This document shows positions 50,413-64,000 of a stretch of 64,000 nucleotides of DNA, one piece after another. The stretch lies in NCBI RefSeq assembly GCF_964355755.1, contig NC_092675.1, positions 17,828,912 to 17,892,911 of the forward strand, read 5' to 3'. Origin of the DNA: Antedon mediterranea (lineage: Eukaryota > Animalia > Echinodermata). The notes under the pieces were generated by a model, which did not search any database, was not told the origin of the DNA, and saw nothing but the letters and a program-made list of their open reading frames with translations. Each line of letters starts with the position of its first letter. Positions within the stretch are counted from its first letter, which is position 1. A program made the position numbers and the translations under genes.

Positions 50413-50560
50413 AAGCTTGGTTCCCACTTGGACGCAGCGCGGAGCGACGACGTATGTGAGTTAACCAATCACAAGAGACAATTCGAATGAACCATCGCGT
50501 CACAATTTACTTGACTTGCGCTTATGTCCTTGCATTACGTTCTAGTGTGAACCAAGCTTT
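50413..50560. mobile_element. MITE, family A
   Basis: AAGCTTGGTTCCCACT...AGTGTGAACCAAGCTT. Confidence 0.75.
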
Positions 50561-51090
50561 AGTAATGAAACAAACGTTATGCGCGCGTACACATTATAAT
50601 TACGGTAACGTGCGCGTATTATGTGAATACCACCATCGTCATTTCACTTGATACATATGTTGTGCATCTGGTGTGTTATGACAAGTAGTTTTCAATACGC
50701 CGAAATGTAAACAAATATGTTCGAACTGAAAATGAATAGTAACTTTCAATCAATTATTGCATTGATTGAAAGCATTTAGCGTTTTGATTGAGAAACGACA
50801 GAACTAAGGTAACGCATTATAGTTTCCGGCCCTTAATATATCGAGAGTAGGCAATTATATAAAGTGAAGGAAATCCAAGGCGATTAAAATCCTGTTTAAC
50901 TTTGAAAACGCTAGCAACCGTTTCATACGTTGATCCATTGGGTGTGTTGTGGTGAATTTAATGTGTAGAATAAGTAAAGCTTGCTATAAGAGGTCGGCAA
51001 ATTATTGCACTACTACATTAGTTGTAGGAATTTAAATGTTGATACAGGGAAATGGTACAACTACAATAAAGTAGCTATAGTTCTCATAAT

Positions 51091-51407
51091 AAAGCTTGGT
51101 TCCCACTAGAACGCAACGTAAAGCTTGGTTCCCACTAGAACGCAACGTATGCGCAACGTAAAGCTTGGTTCCCACTAGAACGCAACGTATGCGCAACGTA
51201 AAGCTTGGCTCCCACTAGAACGCAACGTATGCGCAACGTAAAGCTTAGTTCCCACTAGAACGCAACGTATGCGCAACGTAAATAATTCGACTAATCATTA
51301 CGTGATAGATCAACTGTACAGCCATCGTCGTGTCGTGATTGGTCAAATTATTATTATTACGTTACGTTGTGCTTACGTCTTTGCATCGCATCCTAGTGGG
51401 AACCAAG
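51091..51407. mobile_element. MITE, family A, with five tandem copies of the left terminus
   Basis: AAAGCTTGGTTCCCACTAGAACGCAACGTA starting near 51091, 51120, 51159, 51200 and 51240; right end TAGTGGGAACCAAG. Confidence 0.85.
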
Positions 51408-52923
51408 TGACATTTACACTTGTTTGTTAGCTGTCCGTTTTGTTTTACTTTTTAATGAAAGAATATGCCAATATCGGATGTGAACTTGTTTTTAATTTAG
51501 TATGGAGTGTAAACGGATTCATTTTAATTTTTGTGAATAAAATGCCCTTTTCCATTACAAATGTTACAACATGACACATTTTACCTTTTGGATGTTTCGA
51601 TAAAAAATAGGCCTTACGTGTGAAATACAGTAGGTATACAGCGGGATATTATATATCTGTCCTTACTTGTGAAAACAATTTTCTATTCGTTTTGATATGA
51701 TTACTAATTGCTAATTAACAATTTTCCAGATGTTATACAATTATTTTTAATTACCCTCGGTTATACCATCCACGTGGTTTTGGTGTTATCTAGGTGGTAC
51801 AAGACAATAAAGTTCACCATAAGGCACTCAGGTGAAAAATAAAACCATAATTATTATATTGCATTCTTGGAGGAGTATTAAAAGCGTTGAGGAAATTATG
51901 TAATAAAATAATTACCGATTTTACGGATTTAAATTCACCGATGTTACATTTGTTACAATTATTTTAGAGTAATACTACAACATCTTTATAGTCAATGAAA
52001 GGTTTGAAGAAATATGTTGATTTGTACTAGAAAGGTTGGTAATAATGAAGTAAGATGGAGTGGGCAGACGCTGAGTAGTAAACGATAAAAAGATAAAAAC
52101 TCAATTAGTCAAAGCAAAGCTGTAACAAAATGATAGTCGAATAAATGATAAACGGTTCTAAAGATGAAAAAAGAGGGTACGAAGAGAATTGGTTAAAACA
52201 TCTTTCCACTGAAAATTGAAAATCATGGAAAAATATCGTACAATTGTTTATTTAAATTTAAAAGAGGGAAGAGTGACTCCCTAATGAAACTATGATGTAT
52301 TTATAAACCGAATAAAATGTTCTTCAGTAGGCCTACATACAGTGAGATTGATTTCTAAAGTGTTGTCAAGCCACACTGGCCTCTTCTTTTTTCCCTCAAG
52401 ACTACTTAACTTCGACTAAACTAACTACATTTAGAAATGATCTTCTTTCGCATATATTAGGCCTACAACTTTGATTCGACAGCATAACACATTATTCAAT
52501 TTCGAATGTAAAATTAATGTTCTTCATGGTTTATATCATCATTAATAAACTGAATATTTTTGAAAGAAAAAAATAAATGTATAAATAAATTGATCGTTTT
52601 ATGCCGATGAACAAAACTAAAATGTACAGGCCTATAGGAAATGTCGTTTCTTTCTCACTTTTATATTGTGTTTTATTTTTTAATGTTTTTATGTAAAAGG
52701 GTCCAGCGAAAACAGAATTATAAACATCTTTATGCGTGATCCTTACCATCAATTATATACTGAAATTGTAATCATAAATGATGACTAAATAAATGTGAAT
52801 GAATTAATGTTTATATATTAGGTTAGTATTATTATACTTAGTTATATAAAACCACATTTTTGTTTCGATCCGTACTGCCCTCAAACAAGTAATTAATTTT
52901 AAAAATTAGTTAAAGCCTACAGG

Positions 52924-53240
52924 TTTGTTTGTTTGTTTTATCTTTATACTGGGTGACCTCTTCAGTCAAAGACTGATCTCCCAGAGGGCCCAGTTGGTGA
53001 TCAGTGGCTGTGATGTACTAATACACCGGGGTAACCCCCTACTCGTCTCGAAAGATGTACTAGGTTCTTTAAAGTGCACACGAGCAAGTTGTGTACACTG
53101 GACCTACGGTTTATAGTCCTTATCCGAGAAGACTCGTTCTACCACCAGAACCATGGAGTGAGTGAGCCTCGAACCCCTGCCGATGTTATGGCTACGTGAT
53201 TACGGTTCCACTGTCTTAACCGCTCGGCCACTCACTCACT
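52924..53240 (-). mobile_element. tRNA-derived SINE with Deu/Nin-like central domain
   Basis: A box TGGCCGAGCGG, B box GGTTCGAG, GGATAAGGACTATAAACCGTAGGTCC...TTAAAGAACC...GAGTAGGGGGTTACCCCGG, (AAAC)n tail. Confidence 0.85.
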
Positions 53241-56004
53241 CACAGTGTGAAATTGGAATAAACTATCACGCTAAAAGAAATAGATAAATGAAAATAAATA
53301 AATAAACTATACTTGTTGACAGGCTGGCTGATTACCCACACAAACGATGAATGGATATCATTACAAAGCTTGTCAATATATAACAGAGGTTGATAAATCA
53401 GATACGTAGAGATCGAATCAACATTTAGGTTAAGACTATTTGATATTGTAACATGTCGATAATGCAAACTGTAGTGTTATGTAAAGAACTACTGATCCAG
53501 TTAACTTGAGCGTCTCTGAGGACTTAGCCTCTTTTTCAATTACTACCGCGCGTCGTAATATTGACTGATTGTGCCAATTTCAAATTTCGCTTAAGGCTTT
53601 TCAACTGTTGCAAAATAAACATGGATAAAAACAGTACACATCCGTAATGAATGGACGGTAACTTAGTATTATTCTCTATAAATTAGAATTTAAATTAACA
53701 TCATGTCAACACACATGTAAACAATCATATAAATTTATAACACACACCTTAAACAATTACCTTCATTTTACCTATTTTTCTTTCACAATAATATATAGAA
53801 AAAAATGTTGTCTTGACGATTAATTGACGCAATACGACTTCCTTGGACAAAAACATTATACACTTTGATGAATGTTGTTGGCCACGGTTTACCAGTCAAT
53901 GATCTTGATTGGACATTAACTTTACCAGAAATGATTGAAAGATTTTGAAATCAAATGATACCATTTAATGGTCTGCTAGCTAACATTCAATCATCCAATT
54001 TAATTGATTTATCAAAACTGTAATTAAATCGTTAGTTTTCCAAATCGTTTTAAAGTATTCTTAGGTTCTGTATAGTAATTTATGTATTGCATTGAAAGTA
54101 TCCAATTTGATTTTTTAATCTAGCCCACCTCAGCAGATAAATGGATATCTTGGATTTCTTACTCGTATTTCGAAGGTAAAGTCATAAGTAGGTCGAAATT
54201 AACTTTAAGGTTGAAAATAATATCACTGACAATCTTTACACTATTGCAGAAGTGTGGATAATAAGGGTGATACCGTAAATAAAGATAATAAAAAAGCGCA
54301 TTATCTTAAAGTTCTGGTCATCAGTTATTTAACTATAGGCCTAGTATTTTTCTAGGTGGTGTTCGATAGTGTAACATTTCAATATTTTGGCAAATTATAA
54401 TATAATTATTTATTGTACAATACAAATTGACGCAACCCTCTTTATAAGCCATGATTACAATTGTCACCCAATTATGGTACAGTATTATGTCTAGAGACAA
54501 TAAACAGCTACTGAAGTTTACGAGGGTCTGAAATATTGTACCAAAAACGCTAAATACGGTATTTAACAACGACGGCGTAGTGCGGTGGTTAGAGGAACAT
54601 TTAAGTTGCGCTTTTTTCAAATTATTCGATCCATGGACTATCTATATATACAACATATTTAGGCTAACCCTAATATAAGTAAATTATAGCAGCAAAAGCG
54701 AAGCACGGTAATTAAAAAAATATAAATTTTTCTTAAAAATTACAAAAATATTACAAACACAAAATTGTCACCGAGTTCTGGTATAGAATCTTATTCGCAA
54801 GTTTGTTTTTTTAGCCAAAAAAGATGTAGTCCAGATTCCAAAAGATCACAAACTCTATTGAAACCAAGTATGAAATCGCATTCGTATTAGTCCAGCTAAA
54901 AAAGTGTGCGGTAATTTTCTGTTAACCTATTCGAGATTACGGCAGTACTAAAATAGTAGATTGAATACATACACAAACTATTTTGTCAAAGAAAACCCAG
55001 AGAAAAAAACCAGTTCGACCTGATGCATAAATAATATACATACCTACAAATTAAATTAAACTAAAATATTGTTTATAATTAATATAACATATCTCCTCAC
55101 CTTCTTAATTTCCTTGTTGGAGGACGTTAATTCACAAGTGCTTGTATATTCTGCGTGCTTGAGTTGTACGTTGACTATGCAAACCCTAGCGTTTAAGTCA
55201 CTGTTTTACAGTACAAGAGCCATACAAATACTCTGGATTCAACCATTTAGCTTGAGGGGTAAACATTATTTGCTACGGCACCGCAATGGGCTGGCTCATG
55301 CATCAAAGTAGATGTGATTGGGTTAATGAAAACATTACGTGATGACTTCAAATCTGGAAATTAGCTTTCTTATTTAAGTCGGCGTGGTTGAATTTAGTGG
55401 CTACAAAGAAAATCGTGCATTTATTTGTTTATAAAAAGGTAATGATAGGCCTAGCTGTGTATAATGTAGTTGAAAAGAGAGAATACTATACATTATTATA
55501 ATGAATTATATTAAATAACAATTTAGCATTTTCATGTAATTTCAAACGGTAACATTGACTCACTTGTACAAAAGAAATTAACGGATATCCCTTTGTACGT
55601 CTGGTACTTCCATTTAAAAGAAATAAATACAGTTTTGACCCCACTATTACACAATTTGTTTCTTTGCTTCTAAACATTGTAAATCGTTTTCTGTTAAATC
55701 AGGTCAAGAAAACTGAATATTTATTAACGGACATTTTGTTTAATGTTTCGGGTGAAAAAAACAGAGAACTATAATGTTAAGACAGTTCCCCTTTATTGAT
55801 GTTTATTGCTAAAGGTCAAAGTTGATAAGAGTGTAAAAAAAACCAACAATCTTTCAATGATGATCTAAAAGCTTCTAACAAACACATTAGTCCATCAGTT
55901 CAAGACTGGAAATTAAACTTGCCTTCAAAATAATACACTTATGACTACCTACTGCCATATTACATATCGTATTATATTTTAGTAAAGTGATTATCGCACG
56001 GACT

Positions 56005-56590
56005 TTGATGAGGTTGGTATGTTAAAAGTCCAGGATCGTGTCGAATTTCTTAGAGTCTGTCATGTTTTTAAAATATATAATCATTGTTGTGTCACCTTAT
56101 TTATGCAATCGTTTTATTAGAATTTCAGACAGTCATAATTACAATACTAGGGGATGCAATTTTAATTTTAGAATTTCAACTATCAAGCCAATGGCACATG
56201 TGACCTTTTTTTACAATGCTATTAAAGAATGGAATAATTTACCAATTAACATTAAGGAATCACAAACTGTTTGTTGTTTTAAAAGTAAAGTTAAAAAGTA
56301 TCTACAGGAACGTACACTAGCACTTGAAACTACTGTATTTAATAAGCGCTTCTTCTATTTTTGATTGTCCTATTGTTGTTTTTTTAGTAATTTTTATATG
56401 TTTCATTGTTTGTCTTTTTTGCTGTTCTTTCAAAGGACCTCATTGGAAACAAGTCCGTAGAGGACTTTTATGAGTTATCCTTGGCATCCTTTCTTGTTTT
56501 ATTCATGGTTTTTTATATTTGCTATTTTTAATTGTATGTCTGTGATTTTTTATGTACTGATGCCGAAATAAATCAAATCAAATCAAATCA
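56005..56590 (+). mobile_element. CR1/L2-clade (Crack-like) LINE 3' fragment
   Basis: HNYNTR...TFFYNAIKEWNNLP...FKSKVKKYL peptide; 3' hairpin and (AAATC)n tail. Confidence 0.8.
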
Positions 56591-56751
56591 GGTACCATGA
56601 AAGACGTAACACAACTGCAATTTATACTTTATTTTTATACGATATTTTTATACGATATTTTTATGTGATAAGTGAGCAAATGCAATTTCCAGTTTATTTG
56701 GACAATAAAAGTTATCTGTATCTGTATCTGTATCAACACAACTAAAATCAA

Positions 56752-58580
56752 GGACGTACTATAGAACCTTGTGATGACTTCCAATAAGCAGTCAACTAGA
56801 AATACTTTTCATGAAATCATCAAAGAGCAGAAACGTACTAAAGAACCTTGTGATGACTTCCAATAAGCAGTCAACTAGAAATAGTGTTTATGGAACCATC
56901 AATGAGCAGAAACGTACTAGAGAACCTTGTGATGACTTCCAATAAGCAGTCAACTAGAAATAGTGTTTATGGAACCATCAATGAGCAGAAACGTACTAAA
57001 GAACCTTGTGATGACTTCCAATAAGCAGTCAACTAGAAATAGTGTTTATGGAACCATCAATGAGCAGAAACGTACTAAAGAACCTTGTGATGACTTCCAA
57101 TAAGCAGTCAACTAGAAATACTGTTTATGGAACCATCAAAGAGCAGAAACGTACTAAAGAACCTTGTGATGACTTCCAATAAGCAGTCAACTAGAAATAG
57201 TGTTTATGGAACCATCAATGAGCAGAAACGTACTAGAGAACCTTGTGATGACTGCCGATAAGCAGTCAACTAGAAATACTTGTTATGGAACCATCAATGA
57301 GCAGAAACCTATAACTATAAAACCTTGTGATGACTGCCAATAAGCAGTCAACTAGAAATACTGTTTATGGAACCATCAAGGAGGAGAAGCGTACTAGAGA
57401 ACCTTGTGATGACTACCGATAAGCAGTCAACTAGAAATACTTGTTATGGAACCATCAATGAGCAGAAACGTACTATAAAACCTTGTGATGACTGCCAATA
57501 AGCAGTCAACTAGAAATACTGTTTATGGAACCATCCATGACCAGAAACGTACTACAGAACATTGTGATGACTGCCAATAAGCAGTCAACTAGAAATACTT
57601 TATGGAACCATCAAGGAGCAGAAACGTACTAGAGAAACTTGTGATGACTTCCAATAAGCAGTCAACTAGAAATACTGTTTATGGAACCATCAAAGACCAG
57701 AAACGTACTACAGAACATTGTGATGACTGCCAATAAGCAGTCAACTAGAAATAGTGTTTATGGAACCATCAAAGACCAGAAACGTACTACAGAACATTGT
57801 GATGACTGCCAATAAGCAGTCAACTAGAAATAGTGTTTATGGAACCATCAAAGACCAGAAACGTACTACAGAACATTGTGATGACTGCCAATAAGCAGTC
57901 AACTAGAAATAGTGTTTATGGAACCATCAAAGACCAGAAACGTACTAGAGAACCTTGTGATGACTTCCAATAAGCAGTCAACTAGAAATAGTGTTTATGG
58001 AACCATCAATGAGCAGAAACGTACTAAAGAACCTTGTGATGACTGCCGATAAGCAGTCAACTAGAAATACTTTATGGAACCATCAATGACCAGAAACGTA
58101 CTAGAGAACCTTGTGATGACTGCCGATAAGCAGTCAACTAGAAATACTTTATGGAACCATCAATGACCAGAAACGTACTAGAGAACCTTGTGATGACTTC
58201 CAATAAGCAGTCAACTAGAAATACTGTTTATGGAACCATCAAAGACCAGAAACGTACAAGAGAATCTTGTGATGACTTCCAATAGGCAGTCAACTAGAAA
58301 TACTTTTTATGGAACCATCCATGACCAGAAATGTACTAGAGAACCTTGTGATATCAACTGGAAGTACTTTATGGAATAATCAAAGGCCAGAAAGGTACTA
58401 TATAGAACCTTGTGATGACTGTCAATAAGCCGAGCAGTCAACTTGAAATACTTTATGGACCATCAAGAGCAGAAACGTACTAGAGAATCTTGTGATTGCC
58501 AATAAGCAGTCACCTTGAAATACTTTATGGAACCATCAAAGGCCAGAAACGTACTAGAGAACGTTGTGATACTGCCAAAT
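56752..58580. repeat. Tandem array of a 77-79-bp unit, ~23 copies
   Basis: Unit AAACGTACTAGAGAACCTTGTGATGACTTCCAATAAGCAGTCAACTAGAAATAGTGTTTATGGAACCATCAATGAGCAG; degenerate at both edges. Confidence 0.95.
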
Positions 58581-61500
58581 AAGCAATGTAATACAAACAT
58601 TTCCTAAAAAATTTTGTTTTTGTGGAGCATTCAAAGAGCAGACATTTCAATCGTTCCATGCTAATTTACCTTGTAAGGCGTTATTTACAAATCTTTAATT
58701 GTGTGCAGATTAAAATGCTCTTGGCTTCTAAATGATGTTTGCTTGAGCAGTATATTTAGCAGGACCAGCCCCGATTTGATGAACTGGTTGATAATAATAT
58801 TATCTACTTCACAATTTCTCATGGTCTAGATTAGAGATAAGGACCAACTTTCTTTAATATGTCACAGTTGGTCGCGATGTGGTAATTAAGATTGGAAGCG
58901 ATAAAGCTAGTTTAAATGCTACAAGTCTGTATCATTTAGCCGGTTCGTTTTGTTTTATAAACAAAAATATGATAATGTGTATATAATTATGTCTTATGTT
59001 CATCTTGTTTTTAGCGGTTGTGTTACAAGGAATATTTTCTTTTTATCATGTAGTTACATGTGTTGTCTTGGTTATATCTTTTCATATTTTGATAACGAGC
59101 TCATTAATTTAGATAGAACATCATCAGTGCACTATGTAACATTAAAACATCAATAAGCTACAATCATAATTTTATTAACCAGTAGGTTATATCTAGGTTA
59201 TAAAAACAAAATGTAAAGAGTATTCAATTATGATTTAATTAGACCGTGTATTAAAGGGTTCGGAAATGAACTTAAGTAGCCATGTAATCAACAGTATCAT
59301 CACTAAGGCAGACTATCGGCTATTGGCACGAATCACGACATCACTGTTTGTTTAAGCTTTGCTATACATTTAGGTTCAGAAATATTCTGTGATGCCAAGC
59401 TAGGTTAATTATTTTGTGAGGTTAAACAAGAAGGGAACTAATTCTAGCACGGTTCAAGCTAAACTGTAACGACTAGACGGCGAGTATATAGACGTGGACG
59501 TTTCTAACAAACATTAACTTTGATCCTTCCATCCATTATAAAAGAAATTATAGTTACTCCAAAAGAGTTTTAAACCATGCGTTGGGCTGTGATGACAGTT
59601 TAAAGATGATATATATAACATATGTAACATCATGTAAATATCAACAGACATACGCAGAGCTCATCATTAAACTATACAGACTTTTATTATCTAATTTCAT
59701 ATAATGATATAATGTTAATTTCAGGTAACTAACATCTGCTTTGAGTTGTGTTATTTACGTTATACTAAACTTCGTGTACAAAGTATATGTATTTTGTTGT
59801 GCACATTGATGTATCGTGTTAATGCGTATGTAATGTTACAAGGGACTGATTGATTATTTGCAAAAGTGTATATGTATCTAAGAATTACATTAAGAAAACG
59901 AGTTCGGAGGTCATATTCATACTTTGACCCATTATTTTGATGTTCGTTTCTAAGATCTATTTCTTGTAAGTTACAGAATATCAATGATTCAATTATTTAA
60001 GAATGAAGTTTTTCTGTTAAATTGATTTTTGTATAAATTATTTTACCTTATTTGGTATTTTTTGTTTGGAAATTGATGCTTTAAATGGCTAAAATCATGT
60101 GGACGTACCAGGAGAACAAATAACTAATAATTGTGTATCAATAATATTTTTTATTATGATATAAAATCATTAGAATCATCATTATTAGGGAGCTTTTAAT
60201 TTGCAACGACCAACGACCAAACTATACGTCATGTTATTTCATAAATGATGTTTGTTTAAACGAAAGCTTTGGCCAAAATTATCATTAATTTCGATTATAT
60301 TTTATTTTGTCCGAGTATGTCGAATATATATTAGAGACGTACCTCAAGAACAAATTATTTCAAAAAATATTAATTGACCGAGAAAAAGGGGGAGTGTGTG
60401 CATGTTCCTCTGGTTCTTTTTTTTACGTTATGTTTATTACAAATAAACCAATCTAAGACAGAATGTGCAATATATATTCAGAAATAATACAAGACAATAA
60501 GTTATTATTATTATTCAACTCAACACGATTAAATCATGGAGGTATTATTACGGTATTCCTTCCAAATTAAATAACATACGTACATGTATGTGTATACATA
60601 TTATTTTATTAAGTTTAAAACACGACACAGGTGTCATCTGCACGTCATCTACGAGTGCGTAGAATGTATTCCGATATTAATTTAAAACCAGAGGTTGACA
60701 TTAACAACGAAATTAAACTGGTTTAATTTATAATGTGAAAATGAGAACTAGATTGTATTAGAGCCTGTATGGCACTTATTATTAATAACAATCGTAGAAA
60801 CAGGCTGAAGACAATAAACAATCCGGGGTGCTAAGAATTAAGATTATTTATTAGAAATCAATTTGAACCGAAAGAAGGCCGTAAATTTTGTCAATATAAA
60901 GCTAGTCAGGTTGGCTAAGTGTTTACCATTAAACTTGGAACGTTAAAACGGGTGATATTTTCTACATTAATATTCAACTAACTATTAATGCTTAAGTAAT
61001 TTATTCCACGTTAAATTGAAAATCTTACAGTTGCTGCTACGAAATAGGATTGTGAAGTACCACATATTGACATAGTCTTTTTGTTGTTTTCAATTAATTT
61101 ATCGTTTGTGTCATGATCGTTACAGCATAGAGGTATATACCTCCATGGTTATAGTATATAAATGAATATTATAAATAATACGTCAAATGGTGTATTTGTC
61201 GTTAGTTATGGTCGGCCTATACATACTTTGACTTACATAAAGGAACAACAATCCGTTTATATAGACTAAATGTGGATTAAAAATAAATCAGATACACTAA
61301 ATTTGAATAAAATACCGCTCACTACATTACACAGAGCAAGAGTCCGTAACTACATGACCCAGATGATCTTGATGGTAACATAAATAAATCCTCGCCACAT
61401 ACACATCTGTAGGCCTACTATCCTGTTAAAATAACCTAGATTTGTCATTCTTTTTTAGATGAATTACGATATAAAACTCATTTATTATATCACTAATTAA

Positions 61501-62291
61501 AAAACACAACACAATGATTAGAAGAAAAAAAAATCAGAAACAAGATGAGTTTTAAAATTTAGTTACAATACCAGACCTGCATAAATCAAAATGTATTTTG
61601 TATAAAACATTACACATGTTTAATAAAAAGGGTGAAGGTTAAATTATTAAAGACGCATAATGCGTTATAACACGGATATCAAATATTATTTTGTAAACGC
61701 ATAATGCGTTACAATGGTGGTGGCAAGAATTATTTTTTGAAAACGCATAATGCGTTACAACGTGGTATCGAATATTAGTAAAATAAGCTCTTACGTTCTT
61801 AATTAGCGTTGTTATGATCGTGCAACAATTAGTGTGAACAGTATAGAACATTTGCTGCCTGTTTAAATACAGCACGGATACATAATGTATTAACACAATC
61901 AAAGCAAGGAAACAGGACATGGTGATGGATAGTGTGTACTTTGAATCACAATCGATATAAGAATTGATTTAACAGTGCATTTACCATTAGTTGTTATATT
62001 TATGAACTGCTATCTTCATCTAAAAGTAGATGTACTAACCACTAAAGCTAATAACACGACAATGTATATTGATAATTGGAAACATTACGTCCTTTCAGTG
62101 TTTCAAAACATTCGTTATTACACGTGCCTAAAGTGCATCATCATCTTTATATTTAGATTTGGGTTCATTCCATTTTGTTTTATGACTCGATCTTATGAGA
62201 TTTGGCTTTCTGAAAACTCCCTGTGTCTTTGAATATAACCGTCTATGGTGTGTTACACGGATTTTGGACGCACGTCGCCAATCTTTTCATA

Positions 62292-62448
62292 TACCCAATT
62301 TACACATACGAGCGGTAATGGCCCACGTAGAATCATCCTCAGCTGAAACCGCTCGTCCGATCCGCGTTGTGTATGTGTAAATGGTCAAAAGAAATAACAT
62401 AGGTTCTATATTTGTATTACCATTATCGCTCGTCTGTGTAAATTGGCC
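62292..62448. mobile_element. MITE-like inverted-repeat element
   Basis: CCAATTTACACATACGAGCG...CGCTCGTCTGTGTAAATTGG. Confidence 0.6.
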
Positions 62449-63419
62449 TTTATACGGTTCATCTTAATCTTAAATACCTTCCGATGAGTGATTTAATTCA
62501 AACTTCCTGGACCCGAAATCCACAAGGACCGGACCGGACAATTTCTAGGAGTATAAATAATTACCTATACCAATTATTCATTACAATGCAAACCGATGTT
62601 CATACAGGCCTATTGGGTATAATCGGAAAGTACTATAGTACTTTATATAAATATTACCAGTTCAACTTGTTCCTTCGCGTTATAACAACTGCTTAATTTA
62701 ATAATATGCCATCACTTTTGTTATTTCCAACACAATCTCTTCCGAATTTAATTAATTTATAACAGTTAACTTTTCTTTTTAATTCTCATATACATCCGTA
62801 CTATAATTACAATATGCATTGTAGCTATTAAATGTCTCATGGGAAGCGTTAAGTATAAAACAAATATATAAGCACATCGTGCTTAAAACGAATGTGAATG
62901 TGTATGACATTAACCTGGGGGAAATGCAATTATTTTTTAGAATTTTATGTAAAATTAAAACATGTCATATTGTTTAAATTGGAAAGTGATATTTATAACA
63001 TAATCAATTGAGTGTGTCGCTTGGTACTACTGCCGTATAAAAACAAAAGTAAACAGGCTTCTGTAAAATGGATGCATGGTTAGAAATCACATTTTAAATA
63101 ATACATAGGCCTTTGAACACATTTTCAAATTATTTATAATTTTGTGTTTTACTTTTTCTATTATTTCTATATCTTTTCAGTATTCTGTTTACTGATCCAA
63201 TTCAAAGAAAATGGAAGTTTACCTTTAAACCGCCCGCCCGTTCCTGATCAACAAAACACAAAAGTTACCAGTAGTTTTTCTACAAAATGTTAAGAGCTGA
63301 TTTTAAAAAATAAAAGAATTGTTTAGTAACGGCCGGGGTCTACTGCAAATAAAATACATTATGCTTAGTAATTTGTATTTTTATATACAGAAGCTCATGA
63401 GCCGAGAGTGTACACACAG

Positions 63420-63575
63420 TACCCGACCAGTTTGCCGAAACATTTGGCAATATGGATGTGCCGATTTGGAAACAGTGGTCTACTCATTCTCGGCAAACTG
63501 GGATTCGGCAACACTGGAAGTCGAAAAACTGAGAGTCGGCAAACTGGGATTCGTCAAACTGGCATCGAAACGTAC
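63420..63575. repeat. ~15-bp subrepeat tract with inverted copies, probable transposon end
   Basis: TCGGCAAACTGGGAT-like units x5 and inverse CCAGTTTGCCGA. Confidence 0.55.
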
Positions 63576-64000
63576 ACTCAACGATCGGATGCCTAATTTT
63601 GCTATTGCACAGCGGCTAGAGTGAATACAATTACATCAATAGAGCTATATATTCGTTCAGAACGTCTTCGGGAAAAATTAAAAATATATATAAATATTTA
63701 AATTAGCACATTTAAACGCTTTCATTATGAGCGAACCAATTCTCCAACAGAAGCGGAAGACATGTGAACATAAGTTATGAACTAAAATCAATAATCAATA
63801 TAATAATAAAGATGCAATGAGCACCTAGACCCAGTGATTTCGTGCCGCCACATATCATAACACATCATCATCTCATCACATTATACCACAAATGACCAAG
63901 GTTCAAGCAACATCATTTGTGTAATGTGAAATGGTACAATGGATTGCTAATTGATATTTACTGTTTCATCAAGGTACACACGTATGAACCAGAAAACGCG

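Noticed and set aside
53150-53240. tRNA gene
   Set aside because: A/B boxes are present but run into a SINE body and (AAAC)n tail, and no clean cloverleaf was seen.
54664-54673. CTAACCCTAA, resembling a telomerase RNA template
   Set aside because: Very AT-rich context with no pairing partner for a pseudoknot or recognisable H/ACA domain; a single 10-mer is plausible by chance.
56752-58580. CRISPR array, snoRNA cluster or coding repeat interpretation
   Set aside because: No unique spacers or cas genes, box D not conserved, and the main 79/77-bp unit lengths are not multiples of 3.

Overview
AT-rich, intron-containing animal genomic DNA; repeat content and gene structure suggest an invertebrate deuterostome such as an echinoderm (inference). 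Three protein-coding genes were assembled by hand from splice sites, all on the minus strand. (1) The 5' part of an ABCG2/BCRP-like half ABC transporter (6 coding exons, 5907..127, continuing off the left edge). (2) A complete, open telomerase reverse transcriptase (TERT) gene of 29 coding exons (27635..10244, about 1049 aa) with TEN, CP, QFP, T, RT motifs 1/2/A/B'/C/D/E and the CTE. Its coding intron 10 has a minor-spliceosome (U12-type) signature, and motifs B' and C carry unusual residues. (3) A two-coding-exon RYamide/luqin-type neuropeptide GPCR (35083..33249, about 401 aa) with several non-canonical motif residues. The rest is non-coding: MITEs and non-autonomous DNA transposons (including an hAT-like element with an intact 8-bp TSD upstream of TERT), LINE fragments, tRNA- and 5S-derived SINEs, local duplications and a ~1.8-kb array of a 79-bp unit. 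No prokaryotic systems or CRISPR arrays were found.
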